NCBI RefSeq assembly: GCF_023055435.1
Contig: NW_025963890.1
Span: 59,210,001-59,274,000 of the forward strand
DNA: 64,000 nt
Source of the DNA: Haliotis rufescens
Taxonomy: Eukaryota
Direction: 5' to 3'
The notes under the pieces are model-generated. The model saw only the letters and a list, made by a program, of their open reading frames with translations. It was not told the origin of the DNA and did not search any database. This document shows positions 1 to 12,865 of this stretch, piece by piece. Each line of letters starts with the position of its first letter. The stretch's first letter is position 1. Made by a program: the position numbers and the translations under genes.

Positions 1-117
1 GTCGATGTGTCAAAGCATAATGGTTAACTCATCCGCTCGTGGTATAATGTTTAATTACAAGGTGATCTCATGACCATTTCAGTTCAGCGTTCCCTTATGG
101 CGATTCCATTACATCGT

Positions 118-2410
118 ATGTTGTTGTATACAAGTCTAGGTAGGGTGTATACCATCAGGGCTAGATGATGTTGTGTACAAGTCTAGGTAGGGTGTATGCC
201 ATCAGTGCTACATGTTGGTGTATACATGTCTAGGTAGGGTGTTTGCCATCAGGGCTACATGTTGTTGTATACAAGTCTAGGTAGGGTGTACATCATCAGT
301 GTTACATGTTGTTGTGTACAGGTCTCGGTTGGGTGTATACCATCAGTGCTACATGTTGTTGTATACAAGTCTAGGTAGGGTGTACACCATCGGGGCTACA
401 TGATGTTGTGTACAAGTCTAGGTAGGGTGTATGCCATCAGTGCTACATGTTGGTGTATACATGTCTAGGTAGGGTGTACACCTTCAGTGTTACATGTTGT
501 TGAATACAAGTCTAGGTAGGGTGTACACCATCAGTGTTACTGTTGTTGTATACAAGTCTAGGTAGTGTGTACACCATCAGTGTTACATGTTGTTGTATAC
601 AAGTCTAGGTAGGGTGTATGCCATCAGGGCTACATGTTGTTGTTTACAAGTCTAGGTAGGATGTATACCATCTGTGCTACATGTAGTTGTATATACGTCT
701 AGGTAGGGTGTATACCATCAGTGCTACATGTTGTTGTAAACAGGCCTCGGTTGGGTGTACACCATCAGTGCTACAAGTTGTTGTATACAAGTCTAGGTAG
801 GGTGTATGCCATCAGGACTACATGTTGTATACAAGTCCAGGTAGGGTGTATATCAGGGCTACATGTTGTTGTATACAAGTCTAGGTAGGGTGTATACCAT
901 CAGTGCGACATGTTGCTGTATATAAGTCTAGGTAGGGTGTATATCATCAGTGCTACATGTTGTTGTATAGAAGTCTAGGTAGGGTTTATGCCATCAGGGC
1001 TACATGTTGTTGTATACAAGTCTAGGTAGGGTGTTTGACATCAGGAGTGCATGTTGCTGTACACAAGTCTAGGTAAGGTGTATATCATAGCTACATGATG
1101 TTGTATACAAGTCTAGGTAGGGTGTATATCAGGGCTACATGTTGTTGTATACAAGTCTAGGTAGGGTGCATGCCTTCAGAGCTACATGTTGTTGTATACA
1201 GGTCTAGGTAGTGTGTATACCATCAGGGTTACACGATGTTGTATACAAGTCTTGGTTGGGTGTACACCATCAGTGCTACATGTTGTTGTATACAAGTCGA
1301 GGTAGGGTGTATGCCATCAGTGCTACATGTTGTTGTGTACAGGTCTCGGTTGGGTGTATACCATCAGTGCTACATGTTGTTGTATACAAATCTAGGTAGG
1401 GTGTACACCATCAGTGTTACATGTTGTTGTATACAAGTCTAGGTAGGGTGTACACCATCAATGTTACATGTTGTTGTATACAAGTCTAGGTAGGGTGTAT
1501 GCCATCAGGGCTACATGTTGTTGTTTACAAGTCTAGGTAGGATGTATACCATATGTGCTACATGTAGTTGTATATAAGTCTAGGTAGGGTGTTTACCATC
1601 AGTGCTACATGTTGTTGTAAACAGGCCTCGGTTGGGTGTACACCATCAGTGCTACAAGTTGTTGTATACAAGTCTAGGTAGGGTGTATGCCATCAGGACT
1701 ACATGTTGTATACAAGTCCAGGTAGGGTGTATATCAGGGCTACATGTTGTTTCATACAAGTCTAGGTAGGGTGTATACCATCAGGGCTTCATGTTGTTGT
1801 ATACAAGTCTAGGTAGGGTGTATACCATCAGTGCGACATGTTGCTGTATATAAGTCTAGGTAGGGGGTATACCATCAGTGCTACATGTTGTTGTATAGAA
1901 GTCTTGGTAGGGTTTATGCCATCAGGGCTACATGTTGTATACAAGTCTAGGTAGGGTGTTTGCCATCAGGAGTGCATGTTGCTGTACACAAGTCTAGGTA
2001 AGGTGTATATCATAGCTACATGATGTTGTATACAAGTCTAGGTAGGGTGTATATCAGGGCTACATGTTGTTGTATACAAGTCTAGGTAGGGTGCATGCCT
2101 TCAGAGCTACATGTTGTTGTATACAGGTCTAGGTAGTGTGTATACCATCAGGGTTACACGATGCTGTATACAAGTCTGGGTAGGGAGTATACCATCAGTG
2201 GTACATGTTGTTGTATACAAGTCGAGGTAGGGTGTTTGCCATCAGAGCTACATGTAGTTGTATACAAGTCTAGGTAGGGTGTATACCATCAGTGCTACAT
2301 GTCGTTGTATACAAGTCTAGGTAGGGTGTACACCATCAGTGCTACCTTTTGTTGTATACAAGTCTAGGAAGGGTGTACACCATCAGAGCTACATGTTGTT
2401 GTATATATAT
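118..2410. repeat. 47-bp tandem satellite, about 48 copies (consensus TGTTGTTGTATACAAGTCTAGGTAGGGTGTATACCATCAGTGCTACA)
   Basis: CAAGTCTAGG recurs with 47-nt period (e.g. 131, 178); ORFs 1211-1442 are repeat translations. Confidence 0.95.
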
Positions 2411-4859
2411 ACGTTGTCTCCGCACGGTGTATCTCATCAAGGTAATACATTGTTTATGCGTATCTAGGTCATCAAGGTAACATGAAGTTGTCTTTGTCGA
2501 CTCGTGTTGTGGAATGCAAGTTCTTGGGTCTTGAGACAATTCATATAAAACAAAATCGAACACATTATCGATCATAATACACTTAATGTTTATGTTGACG
2601 TCCATTTATGAACAAACATCGCCCTGGTCAAGAGCAAAAGTGCTTTTAGTTCTATACGTATTTTTTAACGAAAAGCCAAATCACTTGTATATAAATTCAA
2701 TATTTTTCTTCTTATCAAAGTTTTGTCCATGTCACCGTTACAGTAGAACATATTCGTGAGCCTTCTGCGCAGGATCGGACCCTGCTTGTGCCTGACGTTT
2801 TTCGTCATTTTTGTTTTATCTGTAAATTATATGATAAAACAAATGTTCCATCAACACTCAGTCGGATTTAACTGACTTTTTAGAGGAATCATTGCACACC
2901 AACAGTGAGATGTACAATTTAAGACCAACATGGCTTTTGTTAATATTGAAGAATCACCGCGTTGACAATGGGCGTTTAAAGAAAATGAGAAGATATACAC
3001 ACATTGAGGAAAATATACTCGTTATAGTTATGCGCTGGGGTTTAATTTGGTTTCCAGTGTGTAGAAATGTGTCCAGTGGGGTTCCATATCAAGAGCATGG
3101 CGTGTTTCACGAGACGTCCGTGCTCGACATGTCCATCTACAGATTCCATTGTTTTAAGGGTTGTGATTTTTCAAAAGGATAGCCCATGTATTCTCTCTCA
3201 GTTGATTGATACTGAATACCCATAAGGCCGCGGGCACGGGCTTGTTGGCTTAATTGGTGTAAATGGGCCAGTGTATAACACGGATACTTCCCATGTTGCA
3301 TCACGGTTGTCGTTCATCGCTTCGTTCTCATCGCTACATTTACTCGCTTTCCATCATGTTGAACGTTCTGCGGAGTTTTGTACAGCCTTCAGCCCAGGCG
3401 CCTCCGTCTCGACAGGCCACTCCAGAAGCAACTTCTCAGGTCCAACAGGACACTACTCCGGCATCCTCCAGGGTAACATCATCATCGTCGTCAACGCCTT
3501 TTGCCATCCGAATGGTGACCACGCCCTTCTTCACACCATCCAAGAGTAGGCAGGCAGCTGGGGCACGGCATCGGGGGCGACTCCAGTGGATGTAAGTAAA
3601 CACATTAACTTCATAGAGTTCATCCTCTTCAACCAACGTCTCGATACCCGTTCTACTTGACATGCTTACTGCGTATGTCATTGATGCAGTCGTTCATGTC
3701 TGAATCTATGTATTTTTGTTACGCTTCTGAGTGAGCGGATTCCAGCAATATCACGGCGGGGAAGGATCTAACCTAAGTCGTTTTGCGTGTCCGGCGAACA
3801 CTTTACTCGTTACGCTACCCCAGCGTTCCAAAGTCTGTGATTCAGTTTTCTTGTACCGTCATTGGTATGGTGTATGACATCAGGGCTACTGGGCAATATT
3901 TTGTTACGGTCACCATGTGTTATCCTATATATTGATTTGGTTTAACTCTTTGTTTTTGTAGCAATATACACATGACCATGTCCTATCCAGTTATTGTTTC
4001 ATTTGCTTGTAAAATGTACCAACACATACACCAAAACGACGCGTTGAAAGTGAAATGAAAGTTTGATGTACTGTCATAGCACGGGTTTTTCTACAGTTCT
4101 GGTCATGAACACAACTATGACAGCTGTATCAACAACAACACCATGGCATAAACCGTCCCTTGATTGTTTCATTGTTAGCCACCACCACGCATGGTTGTCA
4201 CTCTCCTTTCCCCGGCAGTATGTGTAAGTTCATTGTTTTGGCAATATTTGACATTTGTTTATGTTTGACAGGTTTCTGAATCCGCGGAATTGTTGAAACT
4301 CCGAGAGGAAAACCGGAAATTACAAGAGGATATCGGGGAACTAAAAGAAGAAAACCGGCCTCTGAAAGGAAATGTTAGTCAACCACAATGAATATGTTTA
4401 GGTTTAACGCCGCCTTCATCAGTCCTTTATGTTTGTGATTGCGTGGCACCACGATGTTGGAGGTGGACCCAAAGTGTCACAGGCCGTGGAGGCGTATCCT
4501 GCCTGCACCAGGATGGAACGGCGTCTTAAACTGCAAGACTATTACTGTAGCTATCAGATGTTCAAATGTATCCGTTCTCGGAACTTCAACACAGGACATT
4601 GATGAGATAACAAGATCGAATAGATCTATATTTAAAACGACTGATTTGTATATGCATAAAAAATTCCAATATAATACTACTCAAAAGAAGTAAAAGAACA
4701 TCCGACTCATATGTCCACAGATAATCTGTCATGCCATGACTTTGGTGTTCTTGCACTTCTTATATGTAGTCAGGAGATGATCGTTTGAGAAAGTCGAAAG
4801 TGAGACGTTAGATGGTGTGACGTCGCATGCACGATTATTTCAGTCATTTGTTTTATATT

Positions 4860-5060
4860 CAGTTCATTACTACCTAGGCGTTGTGTTGTCTTCTGGAGCT
4901 ATAGGTATGGATGTGTGTGGGAAGGGGGATATGCTGTTTTATAATATGGTAAAGATTAGTCTCCAGTTCATTACTACCTAGGCGTTGTGTAGTCTTCTAG
5001 AGCTATAGGTGTTGATACGTGTGGGAAAGGGGATATGCTGTTTTTATAATATGGTAAAGA
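4860..5060. repeat. Two-copy ~104-bp tandem duplication
   Basis: CAGTTCATTACTACCTAGGCGTTGTG...AATATGGTAAAGA at ~4860 and ~4964. Confidence 0.9.
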
Positions 5061-7139
5061 TCAATCTCCATGACAATAAAACATGTCCCATGGGTTCATA
5101 ACAGCTGTGATTGCCGTCAATCTGATCCCTTGTGCATACATATATAACGCAATATAACACGCATGTCCTTTGTTTAGGTTGTCGCTGATGACATCGACGA
5201 TGGCATCGTCATCCGCCTCGGCATCGCCATCCGCCTCAGCAACGTCTTCCGCATCGGCATCCGCATCCAAACCCACACCCACACCCACAACCGCACCTGC
5301 ATCAACATCGGCAACAGCATGAACCACGGTTACATTGGCGACCCAGACGGTGCCATCAGTAAGTATGCTATTCAACTACTTAAACATTACTGGCAGTCAT
5401 TAAAGATTCACTCATGTTGAACCTAAATCTCGCCATAAACCTGAATTGTTTGCTCTCAGCTCAAGTCAATGTTTTAAGGCTTCTTGACATAATACATTTT
5501 CTAAAATATTTCCCCTTGTGAGTAATCTGCTACCTCATGCTGGTTGCTCGTTTGTCACTGGTCCGGATGACAGGCAACCGGGATAGAGCTGGAATATTGC
5601 TGTCTGCGGCAACATTCACCCACTCACACAAGAACATTTATATATATGAATATATATAATAATGTAATAATAATAAAATAAAATAAGAAAGTTGCTTTTC
5701 CATTTTAAAATAGATAAAAAAAAATGTCTTTGCCAGAGAAAGTTGAATACAATATAATAATTTAAAGGTCAAGATAACTTCTTATAAATAATTAAGGGGA
5801 AAACGGATCTGACCGGTTTCACTTGAAACTGAAAATAGTTTTTTATTGCATAACTTGCCACACACTATCCCTTATCACAACTATTAAGTAATCTTATGCC
5901 ATTAGCAGCTATTAATACAACATATAATTAAACGCAGTCATGAATGTTGTTCATTAATATATGACATGAATATTATGACTTTTCTCACTCAGAACCATAC
6001 ACGTGACGAGGCCAGGCAAAGAACAGAACGGAGAAACCAACGCCAGGTCAGGCGGAAAAGGCAACGACAACAGCGCCAAAAGCAAGGAGGGCAACAGTCA
6101 TACGAGGAGTTGCTACGTCTTCTGGACGAAGCACAGAGGACTTCCGTGAGTTTCATATAGTCTTATCTTTTTTTCGAAACAAATGATATACCGAATTTGA
6201 TTGAAACCCAGTACCCATTTATTGTGGGTCGTTGCTAATGTTGTAAGCCACAAGTAACATAGTTGACCTGAAGATGTAAGGTGCGTTTAACTGACACACG
6301 TCACAACTGCAACAGTCCAGCACTCACTTCAGGGAGAACATCACTATAGCTTGTGTCCTCTTTAGATTTGGTCTTGGACAGGAGAAGAGGGTCTATGCAT
6401 TGTGTTTTCTTTCATTGTAGAGGGGCCGAGTGCCAAAACCAGCTGGAGTTCTCCAGATGGCGCTGGGAGGAGAGGAGAGTAAGTGGACCGTCATGTGTGT
6501 ATGTCATCTTTGATCCAGTTCTCGCATTTAGAAAGGGAGGTAATCCATCACATCACCAACTCCCCCACCCAACATACTGCTGGAATATACTTAATACATA
6601 TAAGTTACATTGTTCCCCGTTCAGTTTGCCCTAAATGTCAACTACTTCTACCAATAATATATTACCCCAGGAGATTCTCGGGGAAGGAAAGGCACTCCCA
6701 ATACATCATGCTTTGAGTGCGGTTTAAAGCATAATATGAATTGGTACACAAGGCATGTGTGTTTATTCTAACAATTGAATGCTTTGAATAGCTTGTTAGC
6801 AGGACACGTGTTAATCTGCAGTCGTTTCACGTAGAATTGCGAAGTATTAACTAGACAGATGCTATTTTTTCTAAAATTAGTATTAATAAATAACTGCAAC
6901 AGCTGTTATTTTATGAATGTTAACGAAACACTTTTCTGTTCACTCCAGGTGTCGTCACAAAGTATCAAGATGATTTCATCAGACAGGTGTTAGACAGTTG
7001 ACAGTCATCCCCAGCCCTGTCCCCAGTTATGTTCAGCTTAAGGAATAATCCTCTGTCGCCCTTCTGTTGCCAGACATCCTCAGTCGTTCTACTCTGTTGA
7101 CAGATATCCTTATTAGCCCTACTCTGCTACCAGCCACCC

Positions 7140-7745
7140 AACCAGCCTCGGTTACCCTACTGTTACCCTAGACAGCCTCAGTCGCAATACTCTGTTGCTA
7201 TGCAGCCTCAGTTCCCCTAGGCCTACCGTTGCCAGCCAGCCTCAGACGCCCTACACTGTTGTCAGCCAACCAGCCCGAGTCGCCCTACTGTTGCCAGCCC
7301 GAGTCGCCCTACTCTGTTGCCAGCCAGCCTCAGACGCCCTACTGTTGCCAGCCCGAGTCGCCCTACTGTTGCCAGCCCGAGTCGCCCTACTGTTGTCAGC
7401 CAGCTAGCCTGAGTCGCCCTACCGTTGCCAGCCCGAGTCGCCCTACTGTTGTCAGCCAGAGTCGCCCTGCTGTTGTTTGCCAGCCCGAGTCGCCCTTCTC
7501 TGTTTCCAGCCCGAGTCGCCCTACTGTTGTCAGCCAGAGTCGCCCTGCTGTTGTCAGCCAGCTAGCCCGAGTCGCCCTACTGTTGCCAGCCCGAGTCGCC
7601 CTACTGTTGTCAGCCAGCTAGCCTGAGTCGCCCTACTGTTGTCAGCCAGCTAGCCTGAGTCGCCCTACTTTTGTCAGCCAGCTAGCCCGAGTCGCCATAC
7701 TGTTGCCAGCCCGAGTCGCCCTACTGTTGCCAGCCAACCAGCCAG
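7140..7745. repeat. 21-29-bp GC-rich minisatellite (GCCAGCCCGAGTCGCCCTACTGTT) within a putative exon
   Basis: Repeated motif is directly visible; one frame reads ASPSRPTV; GTAAGT donor follows at 7788. Confidence 0.9.
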
Positions 7746-8644
7746 CCACAGCAACCACGTCAACTAGGCGTTTCTCGGCTGCATACGGTAAGTAGAACTT
7801 CATTTAATTTTAGTTCAAGATGTGAATGACGTTATTTCTATGTATATCTTTGTTGAACAAGTGTCAATAGTATCCGTTCGTCCATTATCGAAACTATTTT
7901 GCAACTCAAATGGAATTATGTACGTTTTAAAAGGCCACTGAATTATTCTGTTAATAAAAAAATACTCTTTCTTCTTCAGGTTTGGTACAGTCAATGTTAC
8001 ATTCCCTAACACCTGCCAATTACATCGCTTCATGTACAGGAATTATACTTCATTTCTATACCCATGTTCCGACTAAGGGCAGCCTACAGAGGTTATTTTT
8101 CTGTTGGAATGTTTGAACCAAGTGGACATGTACATGTTCATTGCTTCCTATAATGTACCAGATAACGAAGGTATCTCAGGACCGTATTTTGGCCGTGTGA
8201 ACATACCTTCATGTTTAATTCAGTTTCACCTCAACATGTTGGTGCCTCAGTTTACAACGTAAACGTTCTACCTACACAGCAATACCTTGGAGTCAATAGT
8301 TTACTGTTAATAGCAGCCATTGTACTCGTGCTCGCCTTATGTCACTACTGCCCACTGGGGCAACGCAAATAGTGCTTATTTCGTATGTCACTATTGCTAA
8401 CTGACCAGATACATCGCCCATAAGCGTTACGTAGTCATGGTTTTCTGGACAATCGTCCAATTACAACACCTGGGTGGTCATGTGTACTTCCTGATGACTC
8501 GGCGGCTTTAAGGTGTTGAGGGGTGTTTTATGTTTCATGGCTCATTCTCCTACCTGAAACACCCGCTAACACCTTCTAGTTGAACGGTTACTCGGTTGTA
8601 TTCACAAACATCTTCTCGGGTAGTGGTATTTGGTTAGCGTCTAG

Positions 8645-8999
8645 ACCGCCTCCGTGGTCTAATGGTAGAGCCTCCGCCCGGAGAGCGCAAGGTCCGGGGT
8701 TCGGTCCCCGGCCGCGTCATACCAAAAGACCGTAACAGATGGTACTTGTTGTTACCCTGTCTGGTGCTCAGCATTAAGGTGCTAAAACAAGGACTGGTCG
8801 GCTCGGAGTCAGTATACTGTGCCTGAGTGGGATATTCATGTTAAACTGCGCCATGGTATCTGTGTGCTAGCACTAAAAATCGGCATCAGTCCGGACAAGT
8901 ACAAGCAGCCACACACACACATACACGTGCATGCACGTCGCTATATAAGTGCAATAATCTTGGACGCGACGTTAAACCCCATTTCACCTCACCTTACCT
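8645..8999 (+). mobile_element. tRNA-derived SINE, family C (MESC/Meta-core-like)
   Basis: tRNA-like head (GGTCTAATGGTAGAGC...GGTTCGGTCCC), core GGTACTTGTTGTTACCCTGTCTGG, (CA)n, (TCACC)n tail; target-site duplication GTTAGCGTCT on both flanks; three more copies in the window. Confidence 0.9.
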
Positions 9000-9810
9000 A
9001 GTTAGCGTCTTTAGACAGTGGCGTTTTCGAAAGGATTATAAAGCAGAAAGGTTTTACGTACTTTAACATGAGTAGCTCTTATCACACGAGTATTTCTTGT
9101 ATAATATTATTTACCCTTGGCTATGGCATCAATTTATTTCAAATAGTTTTCTTGACACTTGAAATTAAAGACGGAGTATATTCCTAACCATGTTCGATGC
9201 CATTGGCATTATGAGGGGTAGCGTCGTTTGCCCGTCTGTGAATGACGTCATGATGTGCTATATGAGCAATACTACCGCAATGGACCTACTGCAATGGACC
9301 TACTGCAATGGACCTACTGCTGGATACATTGTATGCCTGAACTGGAGGATGGTCCTCGCCTGATGCCATCGCCCCTGATGTCACCACATACCACGTGATC
9401 TCACCACATACCACGTGATCTCAAGTCAACCACAGAGATGGATGCATCTTCAGCACAACAAATTCACAGGGTGAGTTTCAAACTATATACTTTATTTGAT
9501 GTTTGAAAGGCATGTATCTTAATTAATATCTTAAATTTATTCGTAGAGACTGGGCATGCCATCTGTATTTTCTTTTCCAGAACATTCCTCTGGTCTACTC
9601 TATTCTAAATGAATATTCCTGGTGTATAGGAAATTAGATCTCATCACAATGTCTTCATGTACAGGTCGCATTACCACAGCCCGATGCCACTGCCATTTGA
9701 CTGCATCAGAGACCACGTGATGGGTACACAGATTCAATGTCCATTTAGATGGATGTATTTTCAACACAATAAATTCATAAGGTGAGTTTCAAATTATATA
9801 CTTTAGTTTC

Positions 9811-10260
9811 GTATATGAGATGTCAACATTATGAACAGCCTTTTGAAGGACGTTAATACGATGTACAAGCTTTACAAATATTTACCCGTATTTGAATAAT
9901 GCCTCCCTGAATACAATCCGACCTCAGCCCCGTCGAACAAGTTTATTTATTTTTTTGTTTTTCTTGGATATTCTCACAATTCTCGATTATATCAACCTTT
10001 TCTCAGTGTCGATTGTCATATCTCGCCCACTCTTGGATGCGATCCTTCGGCCATCGCGCTTATCGACTTTGCCCAGTTATTGGAGACAACTGGATACTTC
10101 CCTATAAAAAAATAACTTCGTCCAATTTACGACGTCATCATGTTGCGAGGCCATGTTCGAATCTCCAGAAATGACTTCATGATAGAACAATAATTTATTG
10201 TGAAATAAATCACGCTTCGTTCTTCATTGTTCTTTGCGATATATCGTGTAGCTATCTTAT
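9811..10260. mobile_element. Unclassified non-autonomous repeat (second copy at 58612-59169)
   Basis: Collinear similarity to 58733-59169 (TGAGATGTCAA...CATGTTCGAATCTCCAGAAATG...TAGCTATCTTAT); the paralogous intron at ~9480-9530 shows the empty site. Confidence 0.75.
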
Positions 10261-10947
10261 TTTTGATGTTTGAAAATTATGCATCTTAGTTGTATCTCTG
10301 TCAGCTATTTTCGAAGAAAAAAGACATCTTACCTGTAGTTTCTATTCTATTCCATTCCATTCCATATGACTCAACATCTAATCACAATTTGTATGTGAAC
10401 AGGTCCCATTACCGCAGCTGTAACCTACTCGTGACTCCCACACCTGACTCTCCTGTCAACTACACAAATGCTTATGGACAATGGTGAGTATCTGAATGCT
10501 GAGTTATGCAAACAATGAATCGATACAAACATCTGTAGAATATACAAGATTCTGTTGAAAATTGGAAAAGAACATCACTTTAATAACGTGAGACAACAGT
10601 TGTCAAAAACGTATATAGGCATAGCAGGATAGTATAACACACAAATTATTCTTCACCTTTATACTGTCTTGCTCAAATAATGAGCAAAATGTCCCCATGT
10701 ATATAACAGAAACGTGACTGTATGTTCAAACATCCATCCTCTGAATTGATATCAAGCAAACTTTGTCCAACAGGCTTTTCCTCCAAGTCTCAAGGTCAAG
10801 CTCCCTACCTCCGTATATGTATACGAACCCTCAACGACCAGATTGGACTTGTCGTAATGGACTTCTTACTCCGCGATGTATCGGAACTCAAGGACTGGAG
10901 TGGACTAGTCTTCTTCCCCTTCCTTACTCCGCGTAATCTCAAGGACT

Positions 10948-11165
10948 GACCCGTGAAGATACGGAGTAAAATAGGTCTTCAGCAACCCATGCTTGCCTTA
11001 TAAGGCGGCTATGCTTGCCATAAGAGGCGAGTAACGGGTGGTCAGGCTCGCTGACTTGGTTGCTCACTATGTCCATCACTGGATTGTCTGGTCCAGACTC
11101 GATTATTTTCAGACCGTCGTCATATAACTGGAATATTGCTGAGTGCGGCGTTAAACATCAAACAA
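10948..11165 (+). mobile_element. SINE-like repeat, family A
   Basis: GACCCGTGAAGAT...GGTCAGGCTCGCTGACTTGGTTG...GGAATATTGCTGAGTGCGGCGTTAAAC; about 12 copies or fragments in the window. Confidence 0.85.
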
Positions 11166-12125
11166 AAATCTTAATCACTAGAGTTGGGCCTCTATGCTGA
11201 CTGCATCAAGTCAGAATGTTGTACATATTGCATTGTATACATTCTCAAAGACTGGAGTGGACTAAGGACCAGGTTGCATCACACCTGTGTTGGGTTGTGT
11301 CCGTGAACACAGCACATCTATCAGTATTATCATTGTCAGTGCTGTTGTATAACTATGGTATATCACTGACACCCATCCTTGGTAACTGAATTTATTCTAC
11401 AACCAGGTAGTGGGCCTTCTCTTTCGTCAATTCAAATCTAATGTTGGGTGGTATGGGTTGGATGGACAGTATTACATAACTTCATTACCACATCATAACT
11501 GCTAGGAAAATAATCAATGGATTCTGAAACATGTTTATATGACATTTTCTTTCGGTCTGTCAGGAGGGTGGCTATATACAGGTGTAGTTGAGCCATGCTA
11601 CCCTGGATATGTTCAGCCAAGTGACATTCTAAATAAGCATATTTAAAAATTAAAGCAAACGTAAATATTTGAATTTAACTAATTGTTTTGAATTTCAATG
11701 CTTAGTTTTTTGTTGCTGTGGGTCAACGTTTGGTTCCGCCATGTTAGTGGTGTTTACAGTTCAGGAGAATGGATATATACAGATGTGGTTGAGCCATGCT
11801 GCTCTGGATGTATTCATTTGACAACCTTCCTAACAAGCCCAGGAGTTCTCCATAGTATCGGTACACACTGGGATACCCAGCCTAAGCCAACTTTGTAGAC
11901 AAGCGAGCTTTTACAGGTCCGGGGCATATTCTACCGCTATCAGTGTAAATACCAAAACAAGTGATACTAATATTGATTATAGAGATGATTGTATTTCACA
12001 TTAAAGCAATTCACATATGCTTTGTGTATTCCCAGTGTACTTTACAATATTACGTTTAGCCTCACAAAATCGTGAGGTTGTAGGGTTGCCTGGTGGTTAA
12101 AGTGTTTTCTCCTCCAAGCCTAATA

Positions 12126-12368
12126 GACCCGTAAAGATCCGATGTAGAATAGATCTTAAACCCATGCTTGTCGTAAGAGGCGACTAACGGGATCGGACGG
12201 TGAGGCTCGCTGACTTGATTGATGCATGTCATCCATCCCAATTGCGTGGATCGATGTTCAGGATGTCAATCACTGGATTGTCTGGTCCAGACTCGATTAT
12301 TTACAGACCGCCGTCATATAGCTGGAGTATTGCTGATAGTGGCGTTAAACAACAAACCAACCAACCAA
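12126..12368 (+). mobile_element. SINE-like repeat, family A
   Basis: Same consensus, with (AACC)n tail. Confidence 0.85.
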
Positions 12369-12865
12369 GCCTAAGACCACGGTTAAATCCCCACATCATG
12401 ACGTCCTCCATGGTGTTCAGGTGGATTTATATACTGCTAAAAGCGGCCTTACCCACTCAGATGTATATTTTCTGTACAGTGCCTCCATCTCAACTTGATG
12501 ATTGTATTCTCACCCTGTTAGTACAAATCTGATTGAGAGCAACGTTTAAGAAAACACGACTGTGTAAATATGTGTATTCATTGTCTTTGTTCATACTTAT
12601 TGGAAATATTTTTAATAAAATCTTAAAATGAACAATATTGTGTTATGTTGTCACCGTAACAAGGGCAATTGGGAATATTAGTTTGAGGCAATGCAATTGG
12701 CTGATGCGTGTCAGGATGTGATCATGGGTTCGAATCCTTGATCGACCCTGATGACGATTTATGGTTTGTCGACACCATCGTAGCACTGCAAGGATACAAT
12801 GCGGTACTATGTTCGACACAAGTCACGTTAACACGGTCCTCAGTCATATTTGCAGCAACTTATCA

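Larger units (their letters stand above)
3263..10483 (+). pseudogene. Putative decayed multi-exon gene (Ser/Thr/Pro-rich, short coiled-coil and basic segments)
   Basis: GC-richer blocks bounded by pyrimidine-AG and GT(A/G)AGT-like sites: ..3591, ~4272-4373 (VSESAELLKLREENRKLQEDIGELKEEN coiled coil), ~5178-5358 (Ser/Ala/Thr-rich, in-frame TGA), ~5992-6146 (Arg/Gln-rich), ~6422-6478, ~6949-7787, ~9330-9470, ~9666-9781, ~10403-10483. Phases cannot be joined without stops or frameshifts. Confidence 0.4.

Noticed and set aside
1211-1442. Cys/Tyr-rich ORFs
   Set aside because: Translations of the 47-bp satellite.
118-2410. CRISPR-like array
   Set aside because: No unique spacers, no cas genes, eukaryotic context; the same applies to the arrays at 35.2 kb and 43.1 kb.
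5061-5375. Minus-strand Asp/Ala/Val-rich ORF
   Set aside because: Antisense shadow of a Ser/Ala/Thr-rich plus-strand exon-like block with plus-strand splice sites.
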